A stretch of DNA of 64,000 bases from a virus. The notes below the pieces were generated by a model that saw nothing but the letters and a program-made list of their open reading frames with translations, made no database searches and was not told the DNA's origin. The stretch is taken from positions 23,751 to 87,750 of IMG/VR virus record IMGVR_UViG_3300032308_002578; one strand, given 5' to 3'. The translations under genes and the position numbers were made by a program. Each line of letters starts with the position of its first letter. The stretch's first letter is position 1. Of the stretch, positions 37,534-45,891 are shown one piece after another.

Positions 37534-40500
37534 TATTGGAAGTAGCCGCTGCCAATAGCGTCGTCGGCCCAGTCTTCGCCCGGTGTCTGGGCGGCAACGG
37601 CCCGTTCCGTTACGCGGCCAATGCCGGCTAACTGCGCGAAGTTGGGCCACGCGTCGTTAATGTGCCACGCGGCGGCACAGCCAATATTGACAGCCTGCGC
37701 GAAGTCATCGCTGAGCAGCGTATTTCGCGTGATTGTATAAATGTCGCCGCCCATACGAGACTCGGCTTTGTTTTCCACCAGCGCCAAGAAGTCGGCGATA
37801 AGTCCGGGCGAGTCTTGCGACGCCCAATCGTATTGGAAGAACCTGATCTGTTTTAACTTAATCGCCTGACAGGTGTAGAGCAACGACCGGGTCTTATCAA
37901 GACTGTAATGGGCCCGGTGATTAATCGGCGTCGGCGGCTTGTAAATCATCAAGTCCTGCGCGGCCGACCGGACAAGCCGCAGAGCCAGCACCCGGTCTAA
38001 ATTAAAGCCAGCCTGCACCATGACTGTTTCGCGGACCGTGCCGGCACCGGTGTAATCGTGCGCGACAAAATCGCAATTAAACGTGTTCGACCACTTCATG
38101 CACTCAATGGCTTCGGCCAGATGGTCGCCGCCGATCAGCAGGCGTTTCGACCAAATAACATCGATAGTGCCGTCCGGCCGAAAACCAAGTACGGCTACGA
38201 CAGTAAACGAGATACCCTCTTCGCCACCGCCGCCCCAGTCGATGGCCAGAATCCGATGTTTGTACTCCTGCAGGTGTTGGAAGCATTTTGGGTTAGGTTC
38301 TTTCTTGTTCTCCCAGTCGAGTAAACACGCCGCGCGCAGTTCTGTCTCGCTGATCAATTTCTGCCCGGCGTCAACAGACTCGCCCAAAACTTCGTTGTAG
38401 AACTGCGCCTGCGTCATGTTGCCGTAGCCTTCGCGCTTGAGCAGCAGCGTGTTCCATTTCTCGGGATCTGAGAAATGCAACGGCAGAATTAACTGCGGCA
38501 CGTGATATCCGGCGAACTGCCAGCGGCGATCAGGGTGCCTGTGCACCCAACGTCCGTGCCGCGGGCTGATAGGCTTGCGACATTTCGCGCAAATTGTGCC
38601 CGGATTCTTTTCACTAATGTGAATATTAAACGGGCCAATAATAGCGTCGAGGTCATGGTCGATAGATGGAATGTTCCAATACTTACAAGAGCGGCACGGG
38701 ATAAACCATTCAGCCTGCGATGAACGTTTGTATAACCCCTCTAACGGGTTATCTACGGATTTTGGCGTTCCTGTGAAATGGCTAATGGCATAGCGTGAAT
38801 AACTCATCGTCTCTTGAATGATTGGAATATGATCCGGGTCCATGTCTTGAATTTCGTCAAGCGCGATACGGTCAGCAGACACACCGCGGACACGATCTGC
38901 GTCGAGCAGCGCGAACGAGAACAGCATTAACGACTTGTTCTTAAAGCTGCGCTGCAATACAGAATTCTCAGTATCGCTCCCCGCCCACTGCGACTTGATG
39001 GGCGACTGATCAATGAATGGGCGCACGTAGTTGTTCGAGAATCTGCGGATCTGCTCGTACAACGGCGTAACGTACAGAGTCTTGAAAAACGGAATCGAGT
39101 TCGCCACCACGATGCCGTGCGCCGCGAGCGAGGTTGAATTGTGATTTACAATACCGTCGACGACGTAATTGTGCTCGCCGCTGACTTCGATGTCCCAGCA
39201 CGGCAGCACGCCCAGCGGCTCGATCTTTTCGATTTTGTCCCAAATAATATCCGGACTTGCGAGCCGCTCTAGTTCTGAAAGTTTTGGATGTTCGGGACAA
39301 TGTTCTCGAAAATGCTCAATGTACTTTTTGAGTTTGGCGCGGGTCAACGCGTGCTTGGGTTTTAGACGCAGACCGCCGCTCAAAAGAGATTTGCCGTTTT
39401 GCGCCCAGCGAATACTCTCGGCAATCTCGCTGATTAATTCGCGAACTTCCAGCGGCACGGTGTCGCGGTTGTTGTTTTCAACCGCTTCAGGCAGCACTAC
39501 AGGCGGTTTTCCCGGCACTTGGAATTCATCAAGAAAACGACGCCAGCCATCTCTTGTTTCGACGTGCACGATGTACGCATCGTTGCAGTGTACGCGTGCG
39601 CCGTTTTTATCGCGGTAACCAGTTGGTCGGACTTTGATTGTGGCCGGAATGCCGAACTTTAACAGCATCGCTTTGATATCAAACGCCAGATCTCGCGATA
39701 TAGTGCAATATGTGATCGCTGGCGCCCGCTGCTTGCCGCTAGCGGGGCGGATCATACCATCCGTTGCCCATAAGCGGCTCAAAAACAGCGCGGCGTCACC
39801 GCGCGACAGATCAAAAACCCAATCGGGCAGGCTTTTTTCTAACGCGTTTTTACCGTACAGCCTGTCTTCTTCCAGCCAGCCGCGAATCACACCGCCACGA
39901 CTCTTTGAGATGTCGATACGTACGGCATTCGTTTTGACTTTGCTGACAAACGTAGCGGGGCTACCCTGCACACGCGTGATTACCCCGTTCACCTCGTTTA
40001 TCACTTCAGCGCTGTCTGTTGTAATATTAATTGCGTTAGTCACGCATCCGTCACCGATAAGATACGCCGTGATGATGATGCGATCACGATCCACGCGTCG
40101 ATCGCCGAACGTGCCGCCTTTACGCACTGCGCAGACGCGGTCGCCAACCCGTAAGTTCGCACCGGTTGTCCAGCCGCTGACTTTGAGTAATGGATGCGTG
40201 TCGGCCAGTTCGATCACGGCACCCGTTCGCGTCGTAACTCGGTAGACGTGCTTTCCTGAGTGCCGCGCGGTGTCGAGAACGCGTACAACTTTCGTGCGGT
40301 ACTGGTTGTCGATACCGAGAACAAAGTCGCCAATTTTAAGCTCATCGCCCCGAATTCGCCGACCATTTGCTAGCAACACTTTGTGTGTTGAACAAATGAC
40401 CAGACTTTTTGATAATTGACGCCCTGTTTTCCACACCTGATTCTTGGGTGTTAAAACGCGGAAAAGGGGCGAAAAAGGGTAGTGATTATTTAGACTGTAC

Positions 40501-40727
40501 GGGCGTCCATTAAGATTCAATACAAGCGGCAAAATTGGTTCCAACGACGGGAACGCATACTTACTGGCTAACTCACGCAGTATCGCGGTTCGTTCTTTAA
40601 CGGACTCTGGATCTGACGTGTCGACAGACAGTAGTTCATTGACCAGTCCTTTGATTCCCGTGTTAGGAATTTCAAGGGCTGGTGATTCGTGCGGGCTACC
40701 ATCCCGCATTATTTCTTCTGGTGCCAT
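37530..40727 (-). CDS. terL: terminase large subunit (GpA-like) with intein
   Basis: Walker A GRQLSK/ST split by the intein; Walker B RIALDEIQD; motif III GTP; CxxC...CxxC; nuclease LAIDWGGG and DDFAQA; start uncertain (40727 chosen). Confidence 0.85.
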   Translation of the reverse strand: MAPEEIMRDGSPHESPALEIPNTGIKGLVNELLSVDTSDPESVKERTAILRELASKYAFPSLEPILPLVLNLNGRPYSLNNHYPFSPLFRVLTPKNQVWKTGRQLSKSLVICSTHKVLLANGRRIRGDELKIGDFVLGIDNQYRTKVVRVLDTARHSGKHVYRVTTRTGAVIELADTHPLLKVSGWTTGANLRVGDRVCAVRKGGTFGDRRVDRDRIIITAYLIGDGCVTNAINITTDSAEVINEVNGVITRVQGSPATFVSKVKTNAVRIDISKSRGGVIRGWLEEDRLYGKNALEKSLPDWVFDLSRGDAALFLSRLWATDGMIRPASGKQRAPAITYCTISRDLAFDIKAMLLKFGIPATIKVRPTGYRDKNGARVHCNDAYIVHVETRDGWRRFLDEFQVPGKPPVVLPEAVENNNRDTVPLEVRELISEIAESIRWAQNGKSLLSGGLRLKPKHALTRAKLKKYIEHFREHCPEHPKLSELERLASPDIIWDKIEKIEPLGVLPCWDIEVSGEHNYVVDGIVNHNSTSLAAHGIVVANSIPFFKTLYVTPLYEQIRRFSNNYVRPFIDQSPIKSQWAGSDTENSVLQRSFKNKSLMLFSFALLDADRVRGVSADRIALDEIQDMDPDHIPIIQETMSYSRYAISHFTGTPKSVDNPLEGLYKRSSQAEWFIPCRSCKYWNIPSIDHDLDAIIGPFNIHISEKNPGTICAKCRKPISPRHGRWVHRHPDRRWQFAGYHVPQLILPLHFSDPEKWNTLLLKREGYGNMTQAQFYNEVLGESVDAGQKLISETELRAACLLDWENKKEPNPKCFQHLQEYKHRILAIDWGGGGEEGISFTVVAVLGFRPDGTIDVIWSKRLLIGGDHLAEAIECMKWSNTFNCDFVAHDYTGAGTVRETVMVQAGFNLDRVLALRLVRSAAQDLMIYKPPTPINHRAHYSLDKTRSLLYTCQAIKLKQIRFFQYDWASQDSPGLIADFLALVENKAESRMGGDIYTITRNTLLSDDFAQAVNIGCAAAWHINDAWPNFAQLAGIGRVTERAVAAQTPGEDWADDAIGSGYFQY
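39138..40406 (-). mobile_element. intein (423 aa) with LAGLIDADG homing endonuclease
   Basis: Starts SLV, block B DTHPLL, LAGLIDADG-like AYLIGDG and SRLWATDG, ends HNYVVDGIVNHN followed by Ser. Confidence 0.88.
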
Positions 40728-40919
40728 ATGGGTAAACGTGGTTTCAATCGTTCGTATCGACCCGGTCCTGATGACAACGAGTTGCAATGGCTCGAAGAGG
40801 GCATAAACATGCTCGTCCGGTTTGCCTTTTTCGGTATCGCCGGCATTCTACGCGGTACGTGCAAAATTGTCATCGGAATCATTTTGTTGCTGTACGGGGC
40901 CTGTACTCGACAGCGCTAA
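40728..40919 (+). CDS. small membrane protein
   Basis: 63 aa with hydrophobic C-terminal half. Confidence 0.5.
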   Translation: MGKRGFNRSYRPGPDDNELQWLEEGINMLVRFAFFGIAGILRGTCKIVIGIILLLYGACTRQR

Positions 40920-40991
40920 CGAACGATTACAGCGCGGGCGCGGGTATACTGAAGGGTGCCCCGCCCCGCGTTGTTTACACAGGAGCCCACT

Positions 40992-41219
40992 ATGGCGCAA
41001 GTCAGTCGAAGTGCAAGACTTTACCAAGAACGGCGGCAGCCTTCTTTTCCGAACGCCCCACGCGGTCCGGGATTGCAGGTTAATTTGTCAGACAACGCTG
41101 TGCACAATCTGACGCTCAGCCCGCCGTACCCAAATCCCAATTACTGTGCAAATGGGAATCCGGTTACCGATACAGGCCGAACGCAAGAATGGCCGTATGG
41201 CGACAAGTATGCTACATGA
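40992..41219 (+). CDS. hypothetical protein
   Basis: AGGAG RBS, ATG at 40992. Confidence 0.65.
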   Translation: MAQVSRSARLYQERRQPSFPNAPRGPGLQVNLSDNAVHNLTLSPPYPNPNYCANGNPVTDTGRTQEWPYGDKYAT

Positions 41220-41407
41220 ACACTCTTAACAACGCATTTGTTCTTTATTTCGGTTTATTTCTGCTTGCGGCGCTTGTCTGTGCTCCCGTCATGGGCAGCG
41301 GCGGAATTATCCCGGTGCTCGTGGCCGGTTATTTCATGCTGGTGTCTGTGAACGCCATTGGGCGTGGCGAAAGCCGCGGCAAGCACAACCGCAACAAGCG
41401 CAGGTGA
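41216..41407 (+). CDS. small two-TM membrane protein
   Basis: Two hydrophobic stretches and a basic tail. Confidence 0.6.
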   Translation: MNTLNNAFVLYFGLFLLAALVCAPVMGSGGIIPVLVAGYFMLVSVNAIGRGESRGKHNRNKRR

Positions 41408-41410
41408 CAT

Positions 41411-41800
41411 ATGATTAGCGCACTAGATTTCGTGGCCGTAGTTTTTGCAGCCGGAGCCGTCATCGAAGTCTGGCACAAGGGCTCAATCTTTGACACAGCG
41501 CGGGCGTACACCCAAGCCGTGCAGGACATCACGCCGCCAGAGTCGCTAAAAGGGCGGCTGCTTGAATTGCTGAACTGCCCTTTTTGCAAGAGCTACCACG
41601 CGCCGATTTACCTGTTCTTCGCACTGTTGGCAGGAGACTGGTTCGGTGGTACGATTGCCGCGGTCGTTCGGGTGTTCGTCTACGGACTGGCTGCAACGCG
41701 GCTGGGCAATATCGTAGACGGTCTTCTGCCCGACCGCATGAGATATATTCCAGACCCATTTGGAGGATCGCATGGACACGGAACAGACGCCGGCAAATGA
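41411..41800 (+). CDS. DUF1360-like membrane protein
   Basis: IF...R.......LLELLNCPFC.S.H plus TM segments. Confidence 0.65.
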   Translation: MISALDFVAVVFAAGAVIEVWHKGSIFDTARAYTQAVQDITPPESLKGRLLELLNCPFCKSYHAPIYLFFALLAGDWFGGTIAAVVRVFVYGLAATRLGNIVDGLLPDRMRYIPDPFGGSHGHGTDAGK

Positions 41801-42167
41801 AGAAGAGCCGCGCCTGCCCTTTGACGCCCAATTTGTTCAATTCGTTGAGGCGTTCTCTAAAAACATTCTGCAAAGCATTCCAGAACTCCACGGCATCGCG
41901 ATTGTGCCGCTGTGGAACAATCAGCCGGAAAATATGCCGCCCGGGCTTTTGCAGTTGCGTAATCCGCAACCGCCGTACCTGCCAAGCCTGACGCTGCTGC
42001 TCAAACGCTTGGCTGCCTTTAATGTCGAAGTCCAAAAAGACTTGTTTGGGCAGGTCAACGTGGTCGAGCAGTATTTAGGCGAACTCGACCGCCGCGTTAA
42101 AAGCCGCGTTGAGGAACTCAATCAATTAAACAAACACCCGGAACAAAATGAGCAATCTGCCCAGTGA
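41772..42167 (+). CDS. hypothetical protein with C-terminal coiled coil
   Basis: GGAGG RBS, ATG at 41772. Confidence 0.7.
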   Translation: MDTEQTPANEEEPRLPFDAQFVQFVEAFSKNILQSIPELHGIAIVPLWNNQPENMPPGLLQLRNPQPPYLPSLTLLLKRLAAFNVEVQKDLFGQVNVVEQYLGELDRRVKSRVEELNQLNKHPEQNEQSAQ

Positions 42168-42471
42168 TGACCTAACGGTAACCATTCCAGTTGCCGGCGA
42201 TAACCAGACCCTTGTCGATATCCTGCAGTCGCAGTACGGGCATCTGGACTCCGGCGAAGCGCGCGCAGCACTAGAGGCGCACTACCCTGACAGCGTCTGG
42301 AACGATCAAGAAATTGGCGGCGTTTTTGCCGTTTCCCATTTTGATCCGCCGTACATTCATGTCATCAGGCACGCCGATCGCCGCCGCGGCACGCTCATGT
42401 TTCTCGACGCTCCTCGGTTCTATTTCTCTTTTAACGCAGAAAGCGACGCTAATGGCACAGGAACGACATGA
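42148..42471 (+). CDS. hypothetical protein
   Basis: 107 aa; GTLMF...PRFYF. Confidence 0.7.
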   Translation: MSNLPSDDLTVTIPVAGDNQTLVDILQSQYGHLDSGEARAALEAHYPDSVWNDQEIGGVFAVSHFDPPYIHVIRHADRRRGTLMFLDAPRFYFSFNAESDANGTGTT

Positions 42472-42895
42472 GTACGACACCGGTGCGGTACGCAGCGCTG
42501 ATTGCGATCAGATCCGCTACGATTTGATCACACCCATCGGCCTGCGCGCGCTAGCCAAGACGTATGCCGAAGGGGCTGAAAAGTTTGGCGCATGTAATTG
42601 GGAAAACGGTATGCCCGTGACAGATCTGCTAAATCATGCGATTGCGCATATTTACAATTTTCTCGGCGGCGACCGAGCCGAGGATCACCTCGCCCACGCC
42701 GCGTGGAATGTACTGGGCGCAATTCATTCGCTGGAGAAATGGCCAGAGCTGAATAACGGCACGCTCCGCGGCGCGAATTGCTCCGCCCCGCCAATCGCAA
42801 CGCAAGGCGCGGCGGAAACAGTTCATAGCCTGACACCGATCTCGCCAGATATCGAGGCGCTTAAGGCTGCGCTAAGTTTGGCCAAGCTGAGCTAA
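42452..42895 (+). CDS. DUF5664 dATP/dGTP diphosphohydrolase-like protein
   Basis: TGAVRS...RYDLI...GAEKFG..NWENG...HA..H...DHLAHAAWN. Confidence 0.85.
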   Translation: MAQERHEYDTGAVRSADCDQIRYDLITPIGLRALAKTYAEGAEKFGACNWENGMPVTDLLNHAIAHIYNFLGGDRAEDHLAHAAWNVLGAIHSLEKWPELNNGTLRGANCSAPPIATQGAAETVHSLTPISPDIEALKAALSLAKLS

Positions 42896-42940
42896 ATCCG
42901 GCCAAGTAGCCGGATATTTATCGCTAATTTCAATCGTTCA

Positions 42941-42979
42941 GGCCCCGGCAATAAAAAAAATTGCCGGGGTCTTGTTTTT
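42941..42979 (+). terminator. putative terminator
   Basis: GGCCCCGGCAAT/ATTGCCGGGGTC followed by TTGTTTTT. Confidence 0.65.
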
Positions 42980-43053
42980 CGGTTTTGACAACGTATTGTG
43001 AACTTGTTCAGTGTGTGGAGTGGTTCCAACGCCGAACACGAAGGAGAAAAGCA

Positions 43054-43929
43054 ATGGCAAAAAAGGTAGAGACTGGCGAAATAGTCAGTCCTGCAAACTT
43101 GTGGGGTAAACCGCTTCCGCGCGCACCCGGCAAGCCTACAGCCACAACAGAAGAGGGAAAGGCCGCACGGATGTTGCCAGATAAAGACAAGATCGACTCG
43201 TATGTCGACGCGGAACTCGAAGAAGACGAGCCCACTGATGCTGAGCTTATTGACGAGGAATCCGCAGACGATGTGTACGACGAGGTTTCAACTGTCGAGG
43301 CTTCTGGCGACGACGACGAAGACGACGACGACGCCGACGAAGACGATGACGAGTTTGAAGCCGAGGACGGCGACGATGATGCCGCCGTCAGCGATGTTGC
43401 TGACGACAGCGATGTCGACTCCGCGGTGGACGTCGACGAAGTTCCTGTGAAGGCCAGTGCGGCTGACACACCAACAAAGGTAGTGAAGAAAATGGCAGAA
43501 AAGAAAAGCATCTCGGATTACGTCCGAGACGAAATTGCGTCTCGTAAGGCGTCTGGTGATTCCCTCCGCGGTGTTGACATCGTTAACGCGCTCGCCAAGC
43601 GCCGGATCACGGTCAGCCCCGCGCAGGTGTCGCAACTGCTGAAGAAGGCTGGCATCAGCCAGAAGGCGCGCGGCCCGCGTAAGGCCGTAGCGGCTACTGC
43701 CAGCGAAGAGCGGAGTCGTGCCGCCCTCAAGTCTGCCAAGGCCGAGCCAAAGGCGCAGCCGCGGCAGCAAGCCCCGAAGGTTCGTGCGACAGCGGCGACA
43801 ACCACGGAACTGCCGTGGAAGCAACTGAACGCCGCCAAGGCGTTCATTGCGGCGTGCGACGGCTCGTTTGAGTCGGCGGCTGACGCGCTGGCGATGTTCC
43901 GCAAGATTGAGACCGTCCTGCACAACTAA
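43054..43929 (+). CDS. acidic-tract plus basic putative DNA-binding domain protein
   Basis: AAGGAG RBS; D/E tract followed by KKSISDYVR...DIV.ALAKR.ITVSPAQVS. Confidence 0.7.
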   Translation: MAKKVETGEIVSPANLWGKPLPRAPGKPTATTEEGKAARMLPDKDKIDSYVDAELEEDEPTDAELIDEESADDVYDEVSTVEASGDDDEDDDDADEDDDEFEAEDGDDDAAVSDVADDSDVDSAVDVDEVPVKASAADTPTKVVKKMAEKKSISDYVRDEIASRKASGDSLRGVDIVNALAKRRITVSPAQVSQLLKKAGISQKARGPRKAVAATASEERSRAALKSAKAEPKAQPRQQAPKVRATAATTTELPWKQLNAAKAFIAACDGSFESAADALAMFRKIETVLHN

Positions 43930-44085
43930 GCAGGCTCAAACCAACCCCGCTGCTGGCCGCGTGAGCGCAATCTCCGCGGCCAGCACGCGACGGCTGGCTA
44001 CGTCTTTTGCATCAGCTATGCTGGCTGGTGCCCCTTCCGCGGCCTCCTGCCGCGGCATTTCAGGTTCGGCGCCCAGCGCCACACC

Positions 44086-44388
44086 ATGTACACGCCCGAA
44101 GAACACGCTGCCGACAAAGAACGCATCCTAGAGGCCCTCGACGCAATTCTGAAACTGCGGGAGGAGTACAAGGACGTGATCGCGATTCCCGAGGTCATCA
44201 CGCTACATGACGTAACTGAGTATCGGATTGACGCGTATAACGGAGCCGCCCCGTTTAAGAACATGTTTGATAAAGCCGCGGCTATGTATGTTTTGAACTA
44301 TTTCAACGGCGTGGACTATGTCACGCCAGAGCATTTCGAACACACCGTTATTTGTGCCCTACAAGATTACAAAACAAGGAAAAAGTAA
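44086..44388 (+). CDS. hypothetical protein
   Basis: 100 aa, abuts the next gene. Confidence 0.7.
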   Translation: MYTPEEHAADKERILEALDAILKLREEYKDVIAIPEVITLHDVTEYRIDAYNGAAPFKNMFDKAAAMYVLNYFNGVDYVTPEHFEHTVICALQDYKTRKK

Positions 44389-45888
44389 ATGTACGCGTAC
44401 TTCAACGACACGACCCGGGAACTGATCGCTTTCATGCCCAGCAACCGCGGTCGCCCGGCCAAGCACCACACTATGATCGAACTGCATGGCGCTGAGATCT
44501 CCGCCAGCCTCGTGCCCGCCGAAAAGGTTGCCGATTTTGCAACCGCGGCCGAGGTGAAGAATTATGTGACAAATAATGGTGAGTCGGCCAAGACCGATAC
44601 CGCGCCCACGCCCGATAATGTGCTGTACAGCGCGCTGGTTGCAATGCGCGATGTACTTACGGATGGCGGACATGCGGGCAGTAAGGCTATGCAGTTAGTC
44701 ACGACGCTGGTCGACGACTGGGAGCCTGCGCGCCGCGACGACCGGCTGGACGACTGGTGCGATCGGGCCGGACTGGCGTTCGGCACGCTGCGGCGTACTG
44801 TTAACGCCATCATGAACGACCGCGGCTACGGCTGGTTCTACACCGGCGCCGTGCCGGCCGAGGCTACAGCCGTGCCGGCCGAGGCTACACTGGCAACCCC
44901 AGCGGCCACGGCCGAAAAGGAAGAAGAAGTCAGTTATGGCTTTGCCAGGATGTCTGGCAATACGCCCAAATTGAACGTCGTGGGCAAAGAAGACGAACCG
45001 GCGGACGATAATGGCGAGCACGGCGTGTTCTACCCGAAGCAGGACAAGACCTACGTTATTAACAAGCAGGTTGAGGGTCTGTTTAAAATTCTGGAAGCTT
45101 CCAGCAAGAAGTGCCCGCAGAACGTAAACCTGATCGGCCCACACGGCTGCGGCAAGACTGAACTGGCGATCCAGTTCGCGGCGCGGCTGGGCCGGCCGCT
45201 GCTGATTATGGACTGCGCCAACCTTCGCGAGGCCCGCGACTGGTTCGGCTACAAGACGGCAAAGAACGGTACGGTGTACTGGCACGAGAGCCAGTTCGTC
45301 CGCGCCGTGCAGGCTGGCAACCACGTGATTCTGCTCGACGAGTTGAATCGCGCCAACCCTAACCTGCTTAACACCCTGATGCCGATCCTTGACGCGCGTC
45401 GCTTCACGTACCTCGAAGAGCGTGGCGACAAGATCATCGTCGGACCGGAGACTGTGTTCTTTGCGTCGATGAACGAGGGCGCGGGTTATACCGGCACCTC
45501 ATCGCTCGACCGGGCCATCCGCGACCGCTTCCCGCGCGCCGTGGAACTGACCTATCTGGGCGAGAAGGACGAAATCAAGTTGCTGATGAACCGCACGGGC
45601 GTCGATAAGGACATTGCTACCCGGCTTGTCCAGATGGCGAACAAGGTTCGTCAGGACGCCACGGGTCTGTCGGCTACGCTGACGGAGAGCCTGTCTACTC
45701 GGCAGTTGCTGGCGGCAGCGCACGATTTCGCTCTTGGTGGTGTGGATACCCTGCAGTTCACTATCACGAACCACTTCTCTCCGGACGGTGACGACGACAG
45801 CGAGCGGGTGAAGGTTCAGAGCCTGATTCAGGGCAAGTTCGGCGATCTCATGGCGGCACAAGCCGCCGCGGCCAATACCGGAGCCTAA
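44389..45888 (+). CDS. MoxR/CbbQ/CobS-like AAA+ ATPase
   Basis: Walker A GPHGCGKT, Walker B ILLDELNRA, ASMN sensor, LDRAIRDRF, LSTR. Confidence 0.9.
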   Translation: MYAYFNDTTRELIAFMPSNRGRPAKHHTMIELHGAEISASLVPAEKVADFATAAEVKNYVTNNGESAKTDTAPTPDNVLYSALVAMRDVLTDGGHAGSKAMQLVTTLVDDWEPARRDDRLDDWCDRAGLAFGTLRRTVNAIMNDRGYGWFYTGAVPAEATAVPAEATLATPAATAEKEEEVSYGFARMSGNTPKLNVVGKEDEPADDNGEHGVFYPKQDKTYVINKQVEGLFKILEASSKKCPQNVNLIGPHGCGKTELAIQFAARLGRPLLIMDCANLREARDWFGYKTAKNGTVYWHESQFVRAVQAGNHVILLDELNRANPNLLNTLMPILDARRFTYLEERGDKIIVGPETVFFASMNEGAGYTGTSSLDRAIRDRFPRAVELTYLGEKDEIKLLMNRTGVDKDIATRLVQMANKVRQDATGLSATLTESLSTRQLLAAAHDFALGGVDTLQFTITNHFSPDGDDDSERVKVQSLIQGKFGDLMAAQAAAANTGA

Positions 45889-45891
45889 TTA

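Noticed and set aside
42984-43015. Sigma-70 promoter at TTGACA upstream of 43054
   Set aside because: No convincing -10 hexamer at 16-18 bp spacing
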